Below, in pieces: positions 1-12,365 of a DNA stretch of 64,000 nucleotides. Every line of letters starts with the position of its first letter. The first letter of the stretch is position 1. The stretch is taken from the NCBI GenBank assembly GCA_965287045.1, contig OZ336888.1:38006001-38070000 (forward strand). The letters run 5' to 3'. Source of the stretch: Carcharhinus amblyrhynchos (taxonomy: Eukaryota). A program made the translations under genes and the position numbers. Under the pieces are notes generated by a model. That model was given only the letters and a program-made list of their open reading frames with translations, was not told the origin of the DNA and ran no database searches.

Positions 1-799
1 TTTTCATTCTGTCTGTCCAGATTGGTTTTGAACCACTTCAAGAATTCAGAGTTCACCTGAGTTGCAATAGCTTGGTGACTGCATACACTTTTGGGCATCT
101 GCATCTCAGGATGGACTCATTGACCTTGGAGAGAGTGCAAAGCAAATTAACTAGAATGAGACTCGGGATTAATCTAGTCCAAATCGAATGAATCCGCTCC
201 AAACTCGTGTTGTCTAACTTAAAATGGACCTTTTAATAAACTAATAGACCAATGCTAGGTGGAGTACAGCCTTGATCTAACTGATTGGTGGAGGAGGCTC
301 GAATGGTTTGTATGTTGCTGTGACCTTTGAACTCTGATGGAGCATAGAACCAAATTTTCCAGTTGATGTAACGCTGTACTGTAGAACTGGCAGGATTTAG
401 AAATGGGGCCAGCCTTGAATTAAATGAAACTCCTATATTCCCTCAATTGCTGAAGTCCCTCTTTGAAGTTGAGTTTCCTTTTTGGTGTCAAATATTTACT
501 TTTTCTTCAATAACACTTCACTCTTTATGAAGTCCAAGTCCATCTGAGTCTTCAGTCCCATATAGAATTATTATAGCACAAATGGAGGTCATTTGGCCTA
601 TTCAGATCATGCTAGCCCTTTGTAGAACATTCTATGCCCATAACCCTGCAAGTCTATCTCCCACAAATGTCCAATTTCCTTTAGAAATCATTCACCATTT
701 CTTCTTTCCCTGTCTTTTAGGCCACCAGTCTCAGGTCATTACCACTCGCTGTGTAAAAACACTCTTCCTCACATTCCCCCCACGTCTGCAGCTTAAAGT

Positions 800-1190
800 C
801 AGCTTAAACAACATGTTGGGTCAATATTTAGAAATGCATGCTCCCTCACAGGTAGCAAGAAGGAGACAGTTTGGGAGGGAATTCCAGGTCAGGCAGCTGG
901 AGACATGGCCACCAAATGTAGAACAGCTTAAAATCAATGCTACCCAAGGAACCAAAATTAGAAGAGCAGAGAAACCTTTAGCGGGTTGTAGGGCTGGAGG
1001 AGATTAAAGAGATAGTGAGGGACGAGGTTATGGGGATGTAGATGAGAATGGTAACGTTGAATGGTTGTTGGTCTGGGAGCCAGTGTGCATCAGTGAGCAC
1101 AGGGTGGTTTGTCAACCGGACTGATATGAGTGAGGAAGCAGACAGCTTTGTTTGATGACTTGGAATCCGTGTGATGGGGCAGTTCAGCAC
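800..1190 (-). mobile_element. Degenerate L2-clade LINE fragment
   Basis: Similar to 10660-11100 (gggagggaattccagg, gggagccagtgtgcatcagtgagcacaggg), the reverse complement of the L2 3' regions at 17850-18935 and 29020-29610. Confidence 0.6.
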
Positions 1191-1329
1191 AACTGATAAC
1201 TGAAGAAAGGGAAATTAAATCTTTCATTTATTTGCTATTCTGATCACAGGGACAGCTGTAGTGACATTGGGGGAGAGTGAATGGGAGCAAACAGCAACTA
1301 TCTTTATCACTGTGAAATAGTGCAATAAA

Positions 1330-1655
1330 CAACCAGTCAGACATTGTCAGTAACCTTCCAAACCCATGACCACTGCTATTTAGGAGGACAAGAGCAGCAG
1401 ATACTGGGAATGCCACCACCTGGAGCTCCCCCTCCAAGTCACTCATCAGCCTGACTTGGAAATATCTTTGTTCTTTCACTGTCGCTAGGTCAAAATCCTG
1501 GAACTCCCTCTCTGACAGCACTGTGCATGTACCTACACCTCACAAAATGCACTGGTTCAGGAAGGCTGCTCACTATCACCTTCTCAAGGGGAACTCGGGA
1601 TGGGTGATAAATGCTGGCCAAGCCAACAATGCCCACACCCTGTAAATGAATTTTC
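1330..1655 (+). mobile_element. 3' end of CR1/L2-superfamily LINE (family with gggatgggcaataaatgctggcc...atgaat tail)
   Basis: Matches the 3' end of the RT-bearing copy at 21985-23090 (ttcactgtcgc..ggtcaaaatcctggaactcc, ccttctcaaggg). Confidence 0.7.
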
Positions 1656-1718
1656 AAAAATCTCTATATGATTTGCTTTCAGTCACTACCCAAGACTGGA
1701 GTCCAGACCAAAATTTAT

Positions 1719-1842
1719 GGGCGGAATTTTACCAGCACGTCCTGAGATTCGTATGATCCTGCCCAAAGCCAACGGAGAATGCTGTTTTCCGAGCCTCGTC
1801 AGCCACCAGAATCAGGGCTGGCGTGCTGGTAAAATTCCAGCC
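1719..1842. mobile_element. MITE, PIF/Harbinger-like
   Basis: Terminal inverted repeats gggcggaattttaccagcacg / cgtgctggtaaaattccagcc, flanked by tat/taa; non-coding. Confidence 0.75.
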
Positions 1843-1894
1843 TAAATCTTTTAACATTTCATCCAGAGAATACAAACACAATCTGCCATGTAGC

Positions 1895-2185
1895 CTATCT
1901 GTTCTTATTCAGATCTGAAATTATCAATGAATCTGATTCTGTTAAGATCGAGAATCATGCTGTGATCAGATCTTGTAGAGATCTATAATTATCCATTGAT
2001 CTGATCTTCTAGAGATCTAGATGTTTTCCTTGATCTGATTTTGCAGAAGTTTAGAATTATTTATTAATCTGTTCTTGTACAGATCTAAAATTATTCATTG
2101 ATCTGTTCTTGTGGAGATCTAGAATGTTTCAATTTTCCATTCTTGTTCCAATCTAGAATTATTCATCAATTTGATCTTGGGATTA
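1895..2185. repeat. Degenerate 34-bp minisatellite, about 9 copies
   Basis: agatct core recurs every ~34 bp; unit approximately agatctagaattattcattgatctgttcttgtac. Confidence 0.8.
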
Positions 2186-2234
2186 TTCTCCAGAAATAAC
2201 CAAGATCACTAGTGATAGTGAGAAACTCCAGAAT

Positions 2235-2549
2235 GGGCAGCACGGTGGCACAGTGATTAGCACTGCTGTCTTATAGCGCCAGGGACCCAGGTTCAATTCT
2301 CGGCTTGGGTAACTGTTTGTGTGGAGTTTGCACATTCTCCCCATTACTACATGGGTTTCCTCAGGGTGCTCCGGTTTCCTCCAAAGGCATGCGGGTTAAG
2401 TGGATTGGCTGTGTTAAATTGCCCCGTAGTATCAGGGGACTAGCTAGGTAAATGCATGGGGGTTATGGGGATAGGGCCTGGGTGGGATCATGGTTGGTGC
2501 AGACTTGCTGGCCCGAATGGCCTCCTTCTGCACTGTAGGATTCTATGAC
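2235..2549 (+). mobile_element. HE1-type tRNA-derived V-SINE with CR1 tail
   Basis: A box (tggcacagtg), B box (ggttcaattc), V-domain (tgggtttcctc..gtgctccggtttcctcc), tail atggcctccttctgcactgtaggattctatga. Confidence 0.9.
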
Positions 2550-3489
2550 ATAGCAGATCAATCAAGGTTGGAGCAAAGCGGATGAGGTGGAGTGACATCC
2601 ATTCTGACACTGACCTTCCCCATGCTGGGTAAGCGTGTGGTGTTTTTCTGGCTGTTCCTGGTTTCTATTGCACACACAGTGCCCCTTTTCCCCCTTTTTA
2701 TTTGTTATCCTCGGGCAGAATGACACAATGCAGTAAAAAGCACACCGAGAGAGATGGGGAACAATAAACACAGCTTGTTTTTCTACAATGGGCTTGGCAC
2801 TCAATGAGTTAAACACTGCAGAGAGCATGCAATGAAATATTCAGCCCCTGCTCCGCATTGCGATAAACAGGTTGTCTGCAGGTGGTTTTACTGCAGCCCA
2901 GGGATGAGGTCATGGGTATCTGTTGCTGGGTGCTGCTATGGGAACATAGGAGCATGCAGGCCACATGACAACAGGGACCAGGTTCTATTTAAAGGGGCAG
3001 TGTCTGTGTGGCAGAGGGAATGGGGCAATGTTACATTCTAGTGCTTCCTGAGGGGAAAATGAGTGAAAGAGCTTGCGTTTATTCTCCAGCTTGAGGATTC
3101 TGACAGGAATTATATCCTCAAAGGTTGGGGCTGGAGGAACAAGGAGGTTGCAAAAGTATGAAGATGTTGCCCTTTTAAAATGCCATCAGCTTTCAGCAAT
3201 TATGGAGAAAAAAATAAACTTATTTCTACGCTGCAGATTTCAGGCAGCTGTACGGTTCTTAATTAGGGTGAGTAGGTGGGACGAGGCAGCTGTGGAACAT
3301 TAGCATGAGTTGAGCCGAGTGGCCTGTTTCTGTGCTGTAAACATCTCTGAAATTGCAGTGTCCTTACCCACTAAGTCCTGAGAAGTGAGGGATGGGAACA
3401 GAACATTTAGATATTGCAGTGTGACACCTCTCATCTGATGGGTGGAAACTGGGGGAGGAGGCTCGGGAGAGCATAATGCCAGCAGAGGG

Positions 3490-3655
3490 GAGTTAGTGGC
3501 ATAGTGATATTGCCGCTTGATTAGTGATCCAGGGTAATGATCCAAGTTCAAATACCACCAAAGCAAATGATGAAGTTTGAATTCGACAAAAATCTGGAAT
3601 TAAAAGTCTAATGATGACCATGAAATCATCAAAACATCCACCTTTGTTCAGTAAA
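3490..3655 (+). mobile_element. 5' fragment of tRNA-derived SINE (family of 53865-54230)
   Basis: tggcatagtg..tgatccag..gttcaaataccacca..aaatctggaatt matches the head of the 53.9 kb copy. Confidence 0.6.
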
Positions 3656-3657
3656 GT

Positions 3658-3945
3658 GGGCAACATGGTGGAACAATGGTTAACACTGCTCCCTCACAAT
3701 GCCAGGGACCTGGGTTCAATTCCAGCCTTCGATGTCTGTGTGGAGTTTGCACGTTCTCCCCGTATCTGTGTGAGATTTCTCCAGGTGCTCCAGTTTCCTC
3801 TCTCAATCCAAAGATATGCAGGTTAGGATGATTGGCCAAGCTAAATTCTCCTTCAGTTTGTGCATTCTGTAATGGATTGACATCCTGTCCTGGGTGTACT
3901 CCGCCTGGCACCCAGAGTCTGTTGGGATAGGCTCTCAGGTCACTA
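3658..3945 (+). mobile_element. V-SINE with alternative tail (tgggataggctc)
   Basis: Same tRNA head and V-domain as HE1; 3' part ends cctggcacccagagtctgttgggataggctc. Confidence 0.75.
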
Positions 3946-3959
3946 CACTATCAGAAGGA

Positions 3960-4465
3960 TGTGGAAGCTTTGGAGAGAGTGCAAAGAGGTTGCCCAGGAT
4001 GTTGCCTGGTCTCAAGGACACTGGCTCTAAAGAGAGGTCGAATAAATTAAGATTTTTTTCACTGGAAAGACGGAGGCTGAGGGGAGAACCGATAGAGGTC
4101 TGCAAAATAATGAGAGGCATAGACAGTGTGAATAGTCAGAGGCTTTTCCTAGGGTGGAAATGTTAATTACAAGGGGGCGCCAGTTCAATATGAGAGAGAG
4201 CAAATTGAAGGAAGAGGTGACGGAGAAGCTTTTCACACAGAGAGTGGTGGGTGCTTGGAAAACGCTGCCAGAGGAGGTGGTGGAAGCAGGCACATGAACA
4301 ACATTTAAGAGATACCTGGATGGGCAGATGAATAAGAAGGGAATAAAGGGATACGGACCGAGTAAGAACAGAAGTTTTTTAAATTTAGTCTGGGCATCAT
4401 GATCAGCATCATGGAGGGCCGAAGGGCCTGTTCCTGTGTTCTACTGTTCTTCACTCTTCTTGATT
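3960..4465 (+). mobile_element. CR1 LINE 3' fragment
   Basis: Translates LRFFSLERRRLRGEPIEVCKIMRGID (CR1 ORF2 C-terminus); 3' UTR gggccgaagggcctgttcctgtg. Confidence 0.85.
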
Positions 4466-4479
4466 CTAATTCCTCACGG

Positions 4480-6275
4480 CGCTGAATTGGAGTAAGCGGT
4501 GAAATAAAGAAGTCTTCAGTGAAATCCTTTAGGAGAATTTATCTGGTTTGGTCTACATGTGACTCCATTGGCAGGACAGATTGGGAGAGGGGGGGAGCTG
4601 CCCTCGGAGTTTTCAACATTGACTCTGGAATCAAACATGTTCCCGCTCTCCAACATCAGGTGATGAATCGGTAGTCCTCCATATGGCACATCAGTTGGAG
4701 GAAGGGTGCAGAATGTACTCTGAGTGGGGGCTTCAATGTCCATCACCGAAAGTGGCTCCAGAGCAACACTACAGACTAATCTGGACATAGCTGCTAGACT
4801 GGGTCTGTACTGGGTGGTGAGGGAGCCAACAAGAGATGTAAACATACCTGACCTCATCCTAGCCTTCTTCTGTCCATGGTAACGAGGAGCAATACCACTT
4901 GTAGAGACCAAGTCCCATCTTCACATTGAAAGACCCACCATCATGTTCTGTGGCCTAACTCTGATACTGTGCTAAATTTCAAACAGATCTTGCAACTTAA
5001 GACTGGGCAGCCCTGGGGTGCTATGGGCCATCAGCAGCAGCAACAGAACTGTACTCAACAAACTCTGTAGTCTCATGGCCCCTGCACATCCCCACTCTAC
5101 CATTACCACTAAGCCAGGGGATCAACGCTGTTTTAGTGAACAGTGCAGGAGGGCTAGCCAGGAGCAACAGCAATTAAATGAGGTGTCAACGCAGGATGTC
5201 TTGCATGTCAAAGAGCAGAAGCAATAAGTGAAAGAAAGCGTTATCCAATCATGACTGGTGATGAACAATTAAACAACTCACTGGAGGAGGAGGCTCCGCA
5301 AATACCCCCATCCTCAATGATGAAGAAGCCCAGCACATCAGTGCAAAGGACAGGGCTGAAGACTTTGCAATAATCTTCAGCTAGAAGTGCTGAACGAGTG
5401 ATTCATTTCTGCCTCCTCTGCCACTTCTGGAGGTTCCCAGCCTGACAGATGTCCGTCTTCAGCCAATTTGACTAATTCCACACAACATCAAGAAATGACT
5501 AAAGGCATTGGATACTGCGAAGGCAGTGGGCCAGGACAATATTCCGGTAATAGCACTGAAACCTGTGCTCCAGAGCCTGCCATGCCCCTAGCCAAGCTGC
5601 TCCGGACAGCTACAACACTGGCATCTAGCTGACAATGTGAAAAAATGCACAGATATATTCTATACACAAAAACCTGGCCAATTAAGACCCTATCATTCTA
5701 CTCTCAACCATCAGTAAAGTGATGGAAGGGATCATCAACAGGGTTTAGTACTAACCTGCCCAGTTTGGGTTTTACCAGGGTCACTCAGCTCCTGACCTCG
5801 TTACAGCCTTGGTTCAAGCATGAACAAAAGAGCTGAATTCCAGAGGTGAAGTGAGAGTGACAACCCTTGACATCAAGTCTGCATTTGACCAAGTGTGGCA
5901 TCAAGGAGTCCTAGCAATGAGAATCAGGAGGAAAACTCACTGCTGGTTGGACTCATTCCTGGCATGAAGGAAGATGGTTGTGGTGATTGGAGGTCAATCA
6001 CCTCAGTTCCAGGATATCACTGCCGGAGTTCCTCAGGGTAGTGTCCTCGGTCCAATCATCTTTAGCTGCTTCAGCAATGACCTTCCTTCCATCATAAGGT
6101 CAGAAATGGGGACTGATGATTGCACAATGTTCAGCACCATTCATGACTCCTCAGATACTGAAACAGTCCATGTCCAAATGCAACAAGATTTGGACAATAT
6201 CTAGGTTTAGGCTGACAAGTAACATTTGTGCCACATTTTACCAATGATGCCACATCCTATGAATGAATTTTAAAA
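4480..6275 (+). mobile_element. Internally deleted CR1/L2-superfamily LINE (endonuclease and RT remnants)
   Basis: RT motif GVPQGSVLGPIIFSCFSNDLPS at ~6025-6090, LDIKSAFD motif at ~5865, tail cacatcctatgaatgaat; many stops and frameshifts. Confidence 0.85.
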
Positions 6276-6649
6276 TGCTCATCTCTCTACGGCTGAACTC
6301 CCTCCTCTCCCAACAAGTGTGGACACTTGCTGAAAGCATTTTCGCAGGAGTCCGGCATCTTCTCTTCCTTTGCCAAAGAGATGCTTCAACATATATGAGA
6401 CTAGATATTGAACAGCCAGCACACTGAGGGTTAAAACACACTGGAACCAGTCTCATCCAGTGATTGCAAGGAGGTGCTTCCCAATGAGAGGAGAGCAGCT
6501 GAGAGTCACGGGACAGAAATCGGGAACTGGACTGTTGTTGACCATTTCCTTTGTCTGGCCCAGGAACATGAAGATTAATAACCCATTACCTCTCCCCCAG
6601 CATCACTCACTCTTCTGCACTCTGCTGAGAAATTTTGCCCTGGTCTCTT

Positions 6650-7210
6650 GCACAGACATTTATATAGCACCTTTAGTGCAGTATAATATTCACATGGTGT
6701 TTCACAGTAATGTATTAAAAGACAGTTTGAGATCCAGTCACATTAGAAGACATTGGGACAGGTGAACAAAAAGTAGTTCAACATCTCAAAGAAGGAAGAG
6801 ACCGGCAGAAAGACAGAGAGGTTTAAATAGGGAGTTCCAATGCTCTGTGACTATGCAGCTTAAAAACAAGGCTGGCATTGGCGCTGAGATAGAAATTGGA
6901 GATTCGTTAGAGGCCAGAATTGGAGGAGTGCAGAGATTTGAGGGGGTTTTAGAGTTGGAGAGGGTTACGTGGGGGGGGGGGAGGGGGAGGATGAATGTGA
7001 GAAAAAGTGAAAATGTTAAAATCAAGATCTTGTTAGTAGGAGGATGTAAGGCAGAGTGCTGCTCAGGAGAACATTGGCTGGTCAGGAGGTAACTAAAGCA
7101 CGCGTGAGGGTTTTAGCCCTGCAGATGAGCTGAGGCAGGGACTATGTTGGGTGATGTTACAGAGCTGCTGATGTCCCAATTTTCTACAGTTCAACAGATG
7201 AAGGAATGGA
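6650..7210 (-). mobile_element. L2 LINE fragment
   Basis: Begins acatttatatagcacctt (reverse complement of the L2 3' end); continues agagaggtttaaatagggagttcc. Confidence 0.6.
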
Positions 7211-8198
7211 AGTCTGATGTCTGACCAACATAGATGGGTTGGACCTGATGTTAGGATGAGGGGAGGGGAAAGAGGGATGAAGAGGAAGTTGAGCTCTGGG
7301 TCCACAAAACCTTTGAGCAGTCACTCAGATGGCAATGATGGCCCATTAAGACCCTATCATTCTACTCTCCATCATCTCTTGCCACCTCTTCTTGTTCACG
7401 GATAGTTCAGTTTGTATTGATAATGGACTCCTTCATTCAGGGTCCAAGTCTTCAGGAAGAGGTGAAGGATGAGCACCTTTATCCTCTGATGAGGGTTCAT
7501 AATGTAAACAGGTTATGAGAGAAACTGGATGGCAGTAATGTTAGATCAGAAACGCTCAGTGACTAATTAAAAAGAAAGCACACTTATTCTGTAATGTAAA
7601 ACAATCCCTGGATCTCCAGTGACTGCAGAGCCACTAGTGTTTCACCCCTTGATTGTATTACTATCCATTAATGAGCTTCCACTCATCTATAATTCCTGCT
7701 ATTTTCCACCAAGAGTATGGCCCATGGATTGAGGCGTGGGGATGTCAACCGGAACTTCTCACTTTAACCCTTGCTGTGCCAAAAGCTCAAAGACCACCCC
7801 CCCTCCCCAACATGCCCCCAATTCTGCCTCCCAACCTCACCCCATGGTAAGCTTATTGAGAGTGTAAGCTGCCCTTTGATGAAAGAATGCTTCAGCAGTA
7901 GACATTTCACCCGTGATTCTGAGGCCATGGCAATCTGGGGGGATCCGATCGCCATGGTTACACTAACCTCACTCCCACCCGTGCTCACAACTCTGGGGAG
8001 AAAGGCTCTGATTTACACTGTGCTGAGTTACAGCCATATACAGTCCCAACTCCCAGGAGGCAGGTGGCAATGAAAACAGAGAATGTGGATGCACTCAGCA
8101 GGTCAGGAGCATCAGTGGAGAGAGGAACGGAGTTAATGTTCAGGCTGATGGCCTTTCAACTGAAATGGAGGAGGGTAGAAATATAGCATGTTTTAAGA

Positions 8199-8339
8199 NN
8201 NNNNNNNNNNNNNNNNNNNNNNNNNNNNNNNNNNNNNNNNNNNNNNNNNNNNNNNNNNNNNNNNNNNNNNNNNNNNNNNNNNNNNNNNNNNNNNNNNNNN
8301 NNNNNNNNNNNNNNNNNNNNNNNNNNNNNNNNNNNNNNN
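8199..8339. other. Assembly gap (N run)
   Basis: Run of N. Confidence 1.
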
Positions 8340-8800
8340 GGGTGGGGTGTGTGCGGGTGTGTGTGTGTCTGTATGTGTGTGTGTGGGAAGATGAGTGTGT
8401 GTCTGTGTGGGGGGGTTGGGTGTGTCTGTGTGGGGGGGGTAGGGTGTGTGTGTGTTTGTGTGTGGGGGGGCACGTTGGTGTGTGTGTCTGTATGGGGGTG
8501 TGTGTGTGTGGATGTGTATGTGCCTGGGGCATGGGTGTATGTGTGTGGGGCGTGGGTGTATGTGTGTGGGGATGGGTGTGTGGGGGGGTTGGGTGTGTGT
8601 GGGAGCGAATGTGTGGGGGGATGGGCGTTGTGTGTGGGGATGTGTGTGTGGGAGGGTGGGGGGTTGTGTGTGTGTATCTGAGGGGGTGAGTGTGGGTGTG
8701 TGCGTGTGGGGAGGTGGATGTGTGCGTGGGGTGTGTATGTGTGGGGTGGGTGGGGAAGGGTGGGGTGTAGCTGTGGGGGTGTATGGGGATGTGGGATATG
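8340..8800. repeat. Imperfect (GT)n/G-rich simple repeat
   Basis: Directly visible; source of the His/Thr/Pro and Cys/Val pseudo-ORFs. Confidence 0.95.
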
Positions 8801-9139
8801 AGGAATGACAAAAATGTGGGAAATGGCGTTGATTTCAGTGAGAAAAGGGACGTGTAAACAGGGGTGATGATGGGTCAAATAAAGCAACAAAAGTGGGTTT
8901 AGAGGAGGCATGAATGGCAGCAAACTGAATCATTGGTAGTGGCTGCTGTCTGAAAGAAAGGAGCCCGGAATTATGATCACAAATTGTTAAACTCAGTTTG
9001 AATTTGGAAGGCTGTAAAGTGACAGATCAGAAGCTGAACTGCTGACCCTTGAGTTTCCATTGAGCTTCATTGGATCAGTCCAGGAGAGTGAGGGTAGAGA
9101 GGTCAGCCTGCAAGTCGAATGGAAAATGACAACGCAATG

Positions 9140-9922
9140 TAATTAGAGGGTAATTGGAAGTGTTTCAGGAAGAGAAAGGATTGAATGGTAGGACACTGGG
9201 AAGCACAGAGGATCGGAGGGATCCAAGGGATGCATGTCCAAGAATCCCTGAAGGCAGCAGGACAATAGATAAGGTAGTTGAGAGGCATATGGGATACTTC
9301 CCTTTATTAACCGAGACACAGAATATAAAAGCAGGGAGGTTATGATCGAACTGCCTAAAATGTCAATTAGGCCACAGCGAGAGTACTGCGTGCAGTTCTG
9401 GTCACCGCGCTATAGGAAGGATGTGACTGTGCTACGAATGGTGCAGAGGAGATTCACCAGCATGTCGCCTGGGCTGGAGTGTTTCAGCAATGAAGAGAGG
9501 CTGGGTACACTGGGGTTGTTTTCCTTGGAGTACAGAAGGCTGAAGAGGGACATGTTCAAGGTGTACACAATGATGAGGGGCATAGTTAGGGTGGAAAGAA
9601 AGAAACTTTTCACCTTCGTATAGAGGTCAATAACCAGGGGACATAGGTTTAAGGTTAGGAGCAGGAGATTTAGAGGGGCTGTGAGGAAAAATGTTTTCAC
9701 CTGGAGCAGGTGGGAATTTGAAACTCAGTGCCTGTAAGGGTGGTAGAGGCAGGAACCCTCACAACATTTAAGCAGCATTTAGATGAGCACTTGGAACACC
9801 GTAGAATACAAGGCTACAGACCAAGCGCAGAAAATGCGATTAGAACAGAGACAGTTGCTTGATGGCTGGCACAGACACAATGGGCCAAAGGGCCTCTTTC
9901 TGAGCTGTAAACCCTTTGACTC
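9140..9922 (+). mobile_element. CR1 LINE 3' fragment
   Basis: RPQREYCVQFWSPRYRKDV...LGLFSLEYRRLKRD; CR1 3' UTR tgggccaaagggcctctttctg. Confidence 0.9.
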
Positions 9923-10659
9923 TGACAAGAACATCACATCCCCAATTTCCTTTCCAAAGACTTTGACATGTATGGCTGTTCTTTTGTCATTGCTGAGATT
10001 CTCCACCTAACAACACAGGGGGAAGCATCATTTCCTGAAGGATCTCAGTGTCTCAAGGTTAAGGCCTCCAGCACTTTAGGGGAAGCCATTTATCCCAGGA
10101 GCCTGTTCTTCAAGTGTAGACACAATAGAAGAGCATTTGGGCACTTGAACTTATTCCGTCTTTCAATGAGATTATGCTGGAAACATACCTTAACTCCCAG
10201 AGATACATATCCAATAACACCCATGCTTAGTAAAAATCTATCAGGTTTGTGAGGGTCACCAGAGATGGCCAATACATGTGGTCTTGCCATTGTTGTGTTA
10301 ATAATGTTAAAAAATGTTAAAAAGAACATGTTTATCAACATCGAGATCTCATATATTCGAGCCATGGTTCATATTAACTGCCTCAAACACTAATACGTAA
10401 TAAATGTGAAGTGTGGTTGTTGGGATTAGATCCAGGGTACGCCAGTGGAGATTAGATGGAGGGAGGTGTGGAGGGTGGTGTAAAGGGTGGGGTGGTAGCT
10501 TGAAACAAGGACTGAGGCACAAAGTGAGGTTTCTACAAAGGTTGAGGGACAAAATGAGACTGGTACCTGGATTGGGGTTTGAATATGCCTGTCATTTGAA
10601 GCAATATTCTCTAGATTGTCCCATTCTTCAACTAGATACAGTTCAAAAGGTAACATAAC

Positions 10660-11100
10660 GCCTTCAACAGAGTAAAATCCTCCAAGGTCCCATTATAAAA
10701 TAAATTTGAAACCAAGACACATAAGCAGATATTAGGACAGATCACCAAAAGCTTGGATCATTGAGGTAAGTTTTAATTAGCTTCCTAAAGTGGGAACAAG
10801 AGAAGCAGAGATGTTTAGGGAGGGAATTATAGAGCCACAAACTCAGATAACTGAAAGCACAAATGATGGAGCGATTAAAATCGAGGGCACACAGCAGGTC
10901 AGATTACAGTCAGATAACTCGGAGAGTTGTGGGGATTGGAGGAGATTACAGAGATAGGGTGGGACGAGGTCATGGAGGGATTTGAAAACACGGATGAGAA
11001 TTTTAAAAACAAGCCATTGCTGATCTGGGAGTCAGTGTTGGTCAGTGAGCACAGGGGGGAATGGAACCTGGTGTGAGTAAGGAGTTAGGCAGAGGAGGTT
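10660..11100 (-). mobile_element. L2 LINE fragment
   Basis: Reverse complement of the L2 3' region (gagatgtttagggagggaattatagag, gatgagaattttaaaa). Confidence 0.7.
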
Positions 11101-11344
11101 GGAATGATATCTTAGCTTTATAATTAGTAGCTGTTTGCATGGTTATCATGCAGAAAGTTCTGGAAGCTTCTGATATTGCTGTGCAATATTCCATGGAGAC
11201 TGCACAGTCCCCTGGGGTTCATGTGACAAAGATAATCGCTGGAAAATGCAGCTCTGTGCATTAATAAGAAAATACTCTGCAAAACACAGATGTCACATGG
11301 AAACCTTTCGAATACAAGGAGATTGAGGGAGTGGGAGAGAAGTC

Positions 11345-12365
11345 ACAACATCTCCCCACCCACTGCCATCCACCGTCGCCCACCTCCTTCCTAAACACCC
11401 CAACACCCCCCCACCCACTCCACCCACCTCCCCTACCCCAACTCACCTTCACCACCCACCTCTCCCCCCACACTCACCTTCACCATTCCCACTCCCATCC
11501 TCCTCACTATCACTCAGCTCATCCCATACCTCAACCCAGAGAAATCACAGTATCTCTCCACCCACTGCCACCCACCATCGCCCATCTCCTCCCTAAACAC
11601 CCCAACACCCCCACACCCACTCCACCCATCTCCCCCACCCCCACTCACCTTCACCATTCCCACACCCAACCTCCTCACTACCACTCAGCTCATCCCATAC
11701 CTCAACCCAGCTCCCCCACCCACTACCACCCATTTCCCCCCTAAACACCCCAACACACCCACACCCACTTCCCCCACCCCCACTCACCTCCACCACCCAC
11801 CTCCCCCCACCCCCACTCACCTCTACCACCCCGACATCTACCCTCCCAACTACCACCCAGCTCATCCCATATCTCAACACAGCTTCCCCACCCACCACTG
11901 TCCACTGCTGCCCACCTCCTCCCTAATCCCCCCACCAACCACCCCATCCACTGCACCCACCTTCCCCACCCCATACCCAACCCCCTACTACCACTCAATT
12001 CATCCCAACCTCCACCCACTTCCACCCATCTCTCTCTCACTCCCACCCACCTGTCTCACTACCACCCACCTCTCTCACTCCCATCCAGCTCTCTTATTCC
12101 CACCCACCTCTCTCACTCCCGCCCACCTCTCTCACTCCCGCCCACCTCTCTCACGACCACCATTTCTCTCATTCCTACCCACCTCCTCCCCAAACCCAAT
12201 CCAAACCTGTCCCCAAATTGCTTCAGCACCCATTGCACTCTCCCACTCTCTCCCCTCAGACCCTCCCTCCCCATTACTCCCACTTCCAGTCACTTCCTCC
12301 CCAGTCACTCCCTCCATCATCACCCCCTCCCCAGTCACTCCTTCACCCATCACCCCCTCCCCCAA
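11345..12365. repeat. C/A-rich low-complexity region with internally duplicated blocks
   Basis: Block cactcaccttcaccattccc...cactcagctcatcccatacctcaacccag recurs at ~11470 and ~11640, with looser copies at ~11815 and ~11990. Confidence 0.85.

Larger units (their letters stand above)
8074..9135 (-). mobile_element. Penelope-like element 3' fragment (GIY-YIG C-terminus, 3' UTR, pLTR), interrupted by a GT-rich expansion and an N gap
   Basis: Minus strand 8975-9135 translates SNEAQWKLKGQQFSF*SVTLQPS, resembling the PLE endonuclease C-terminus. 8074-8170 matches the short pLTR family at 23875, 55245 and 59262. Confidence 0.7.

Noticed and set aside
2235-2310. tRNA genes
   Set aside because: All A/B-box sequences are SINE heads continuing into SINE bodies, not cloverleaf tRNAs.
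8140-8923. His/Thr/Pro-rich 223-255 aa ORFs
   Set aside because: Translations of a GT/CA repeat and an N gap.
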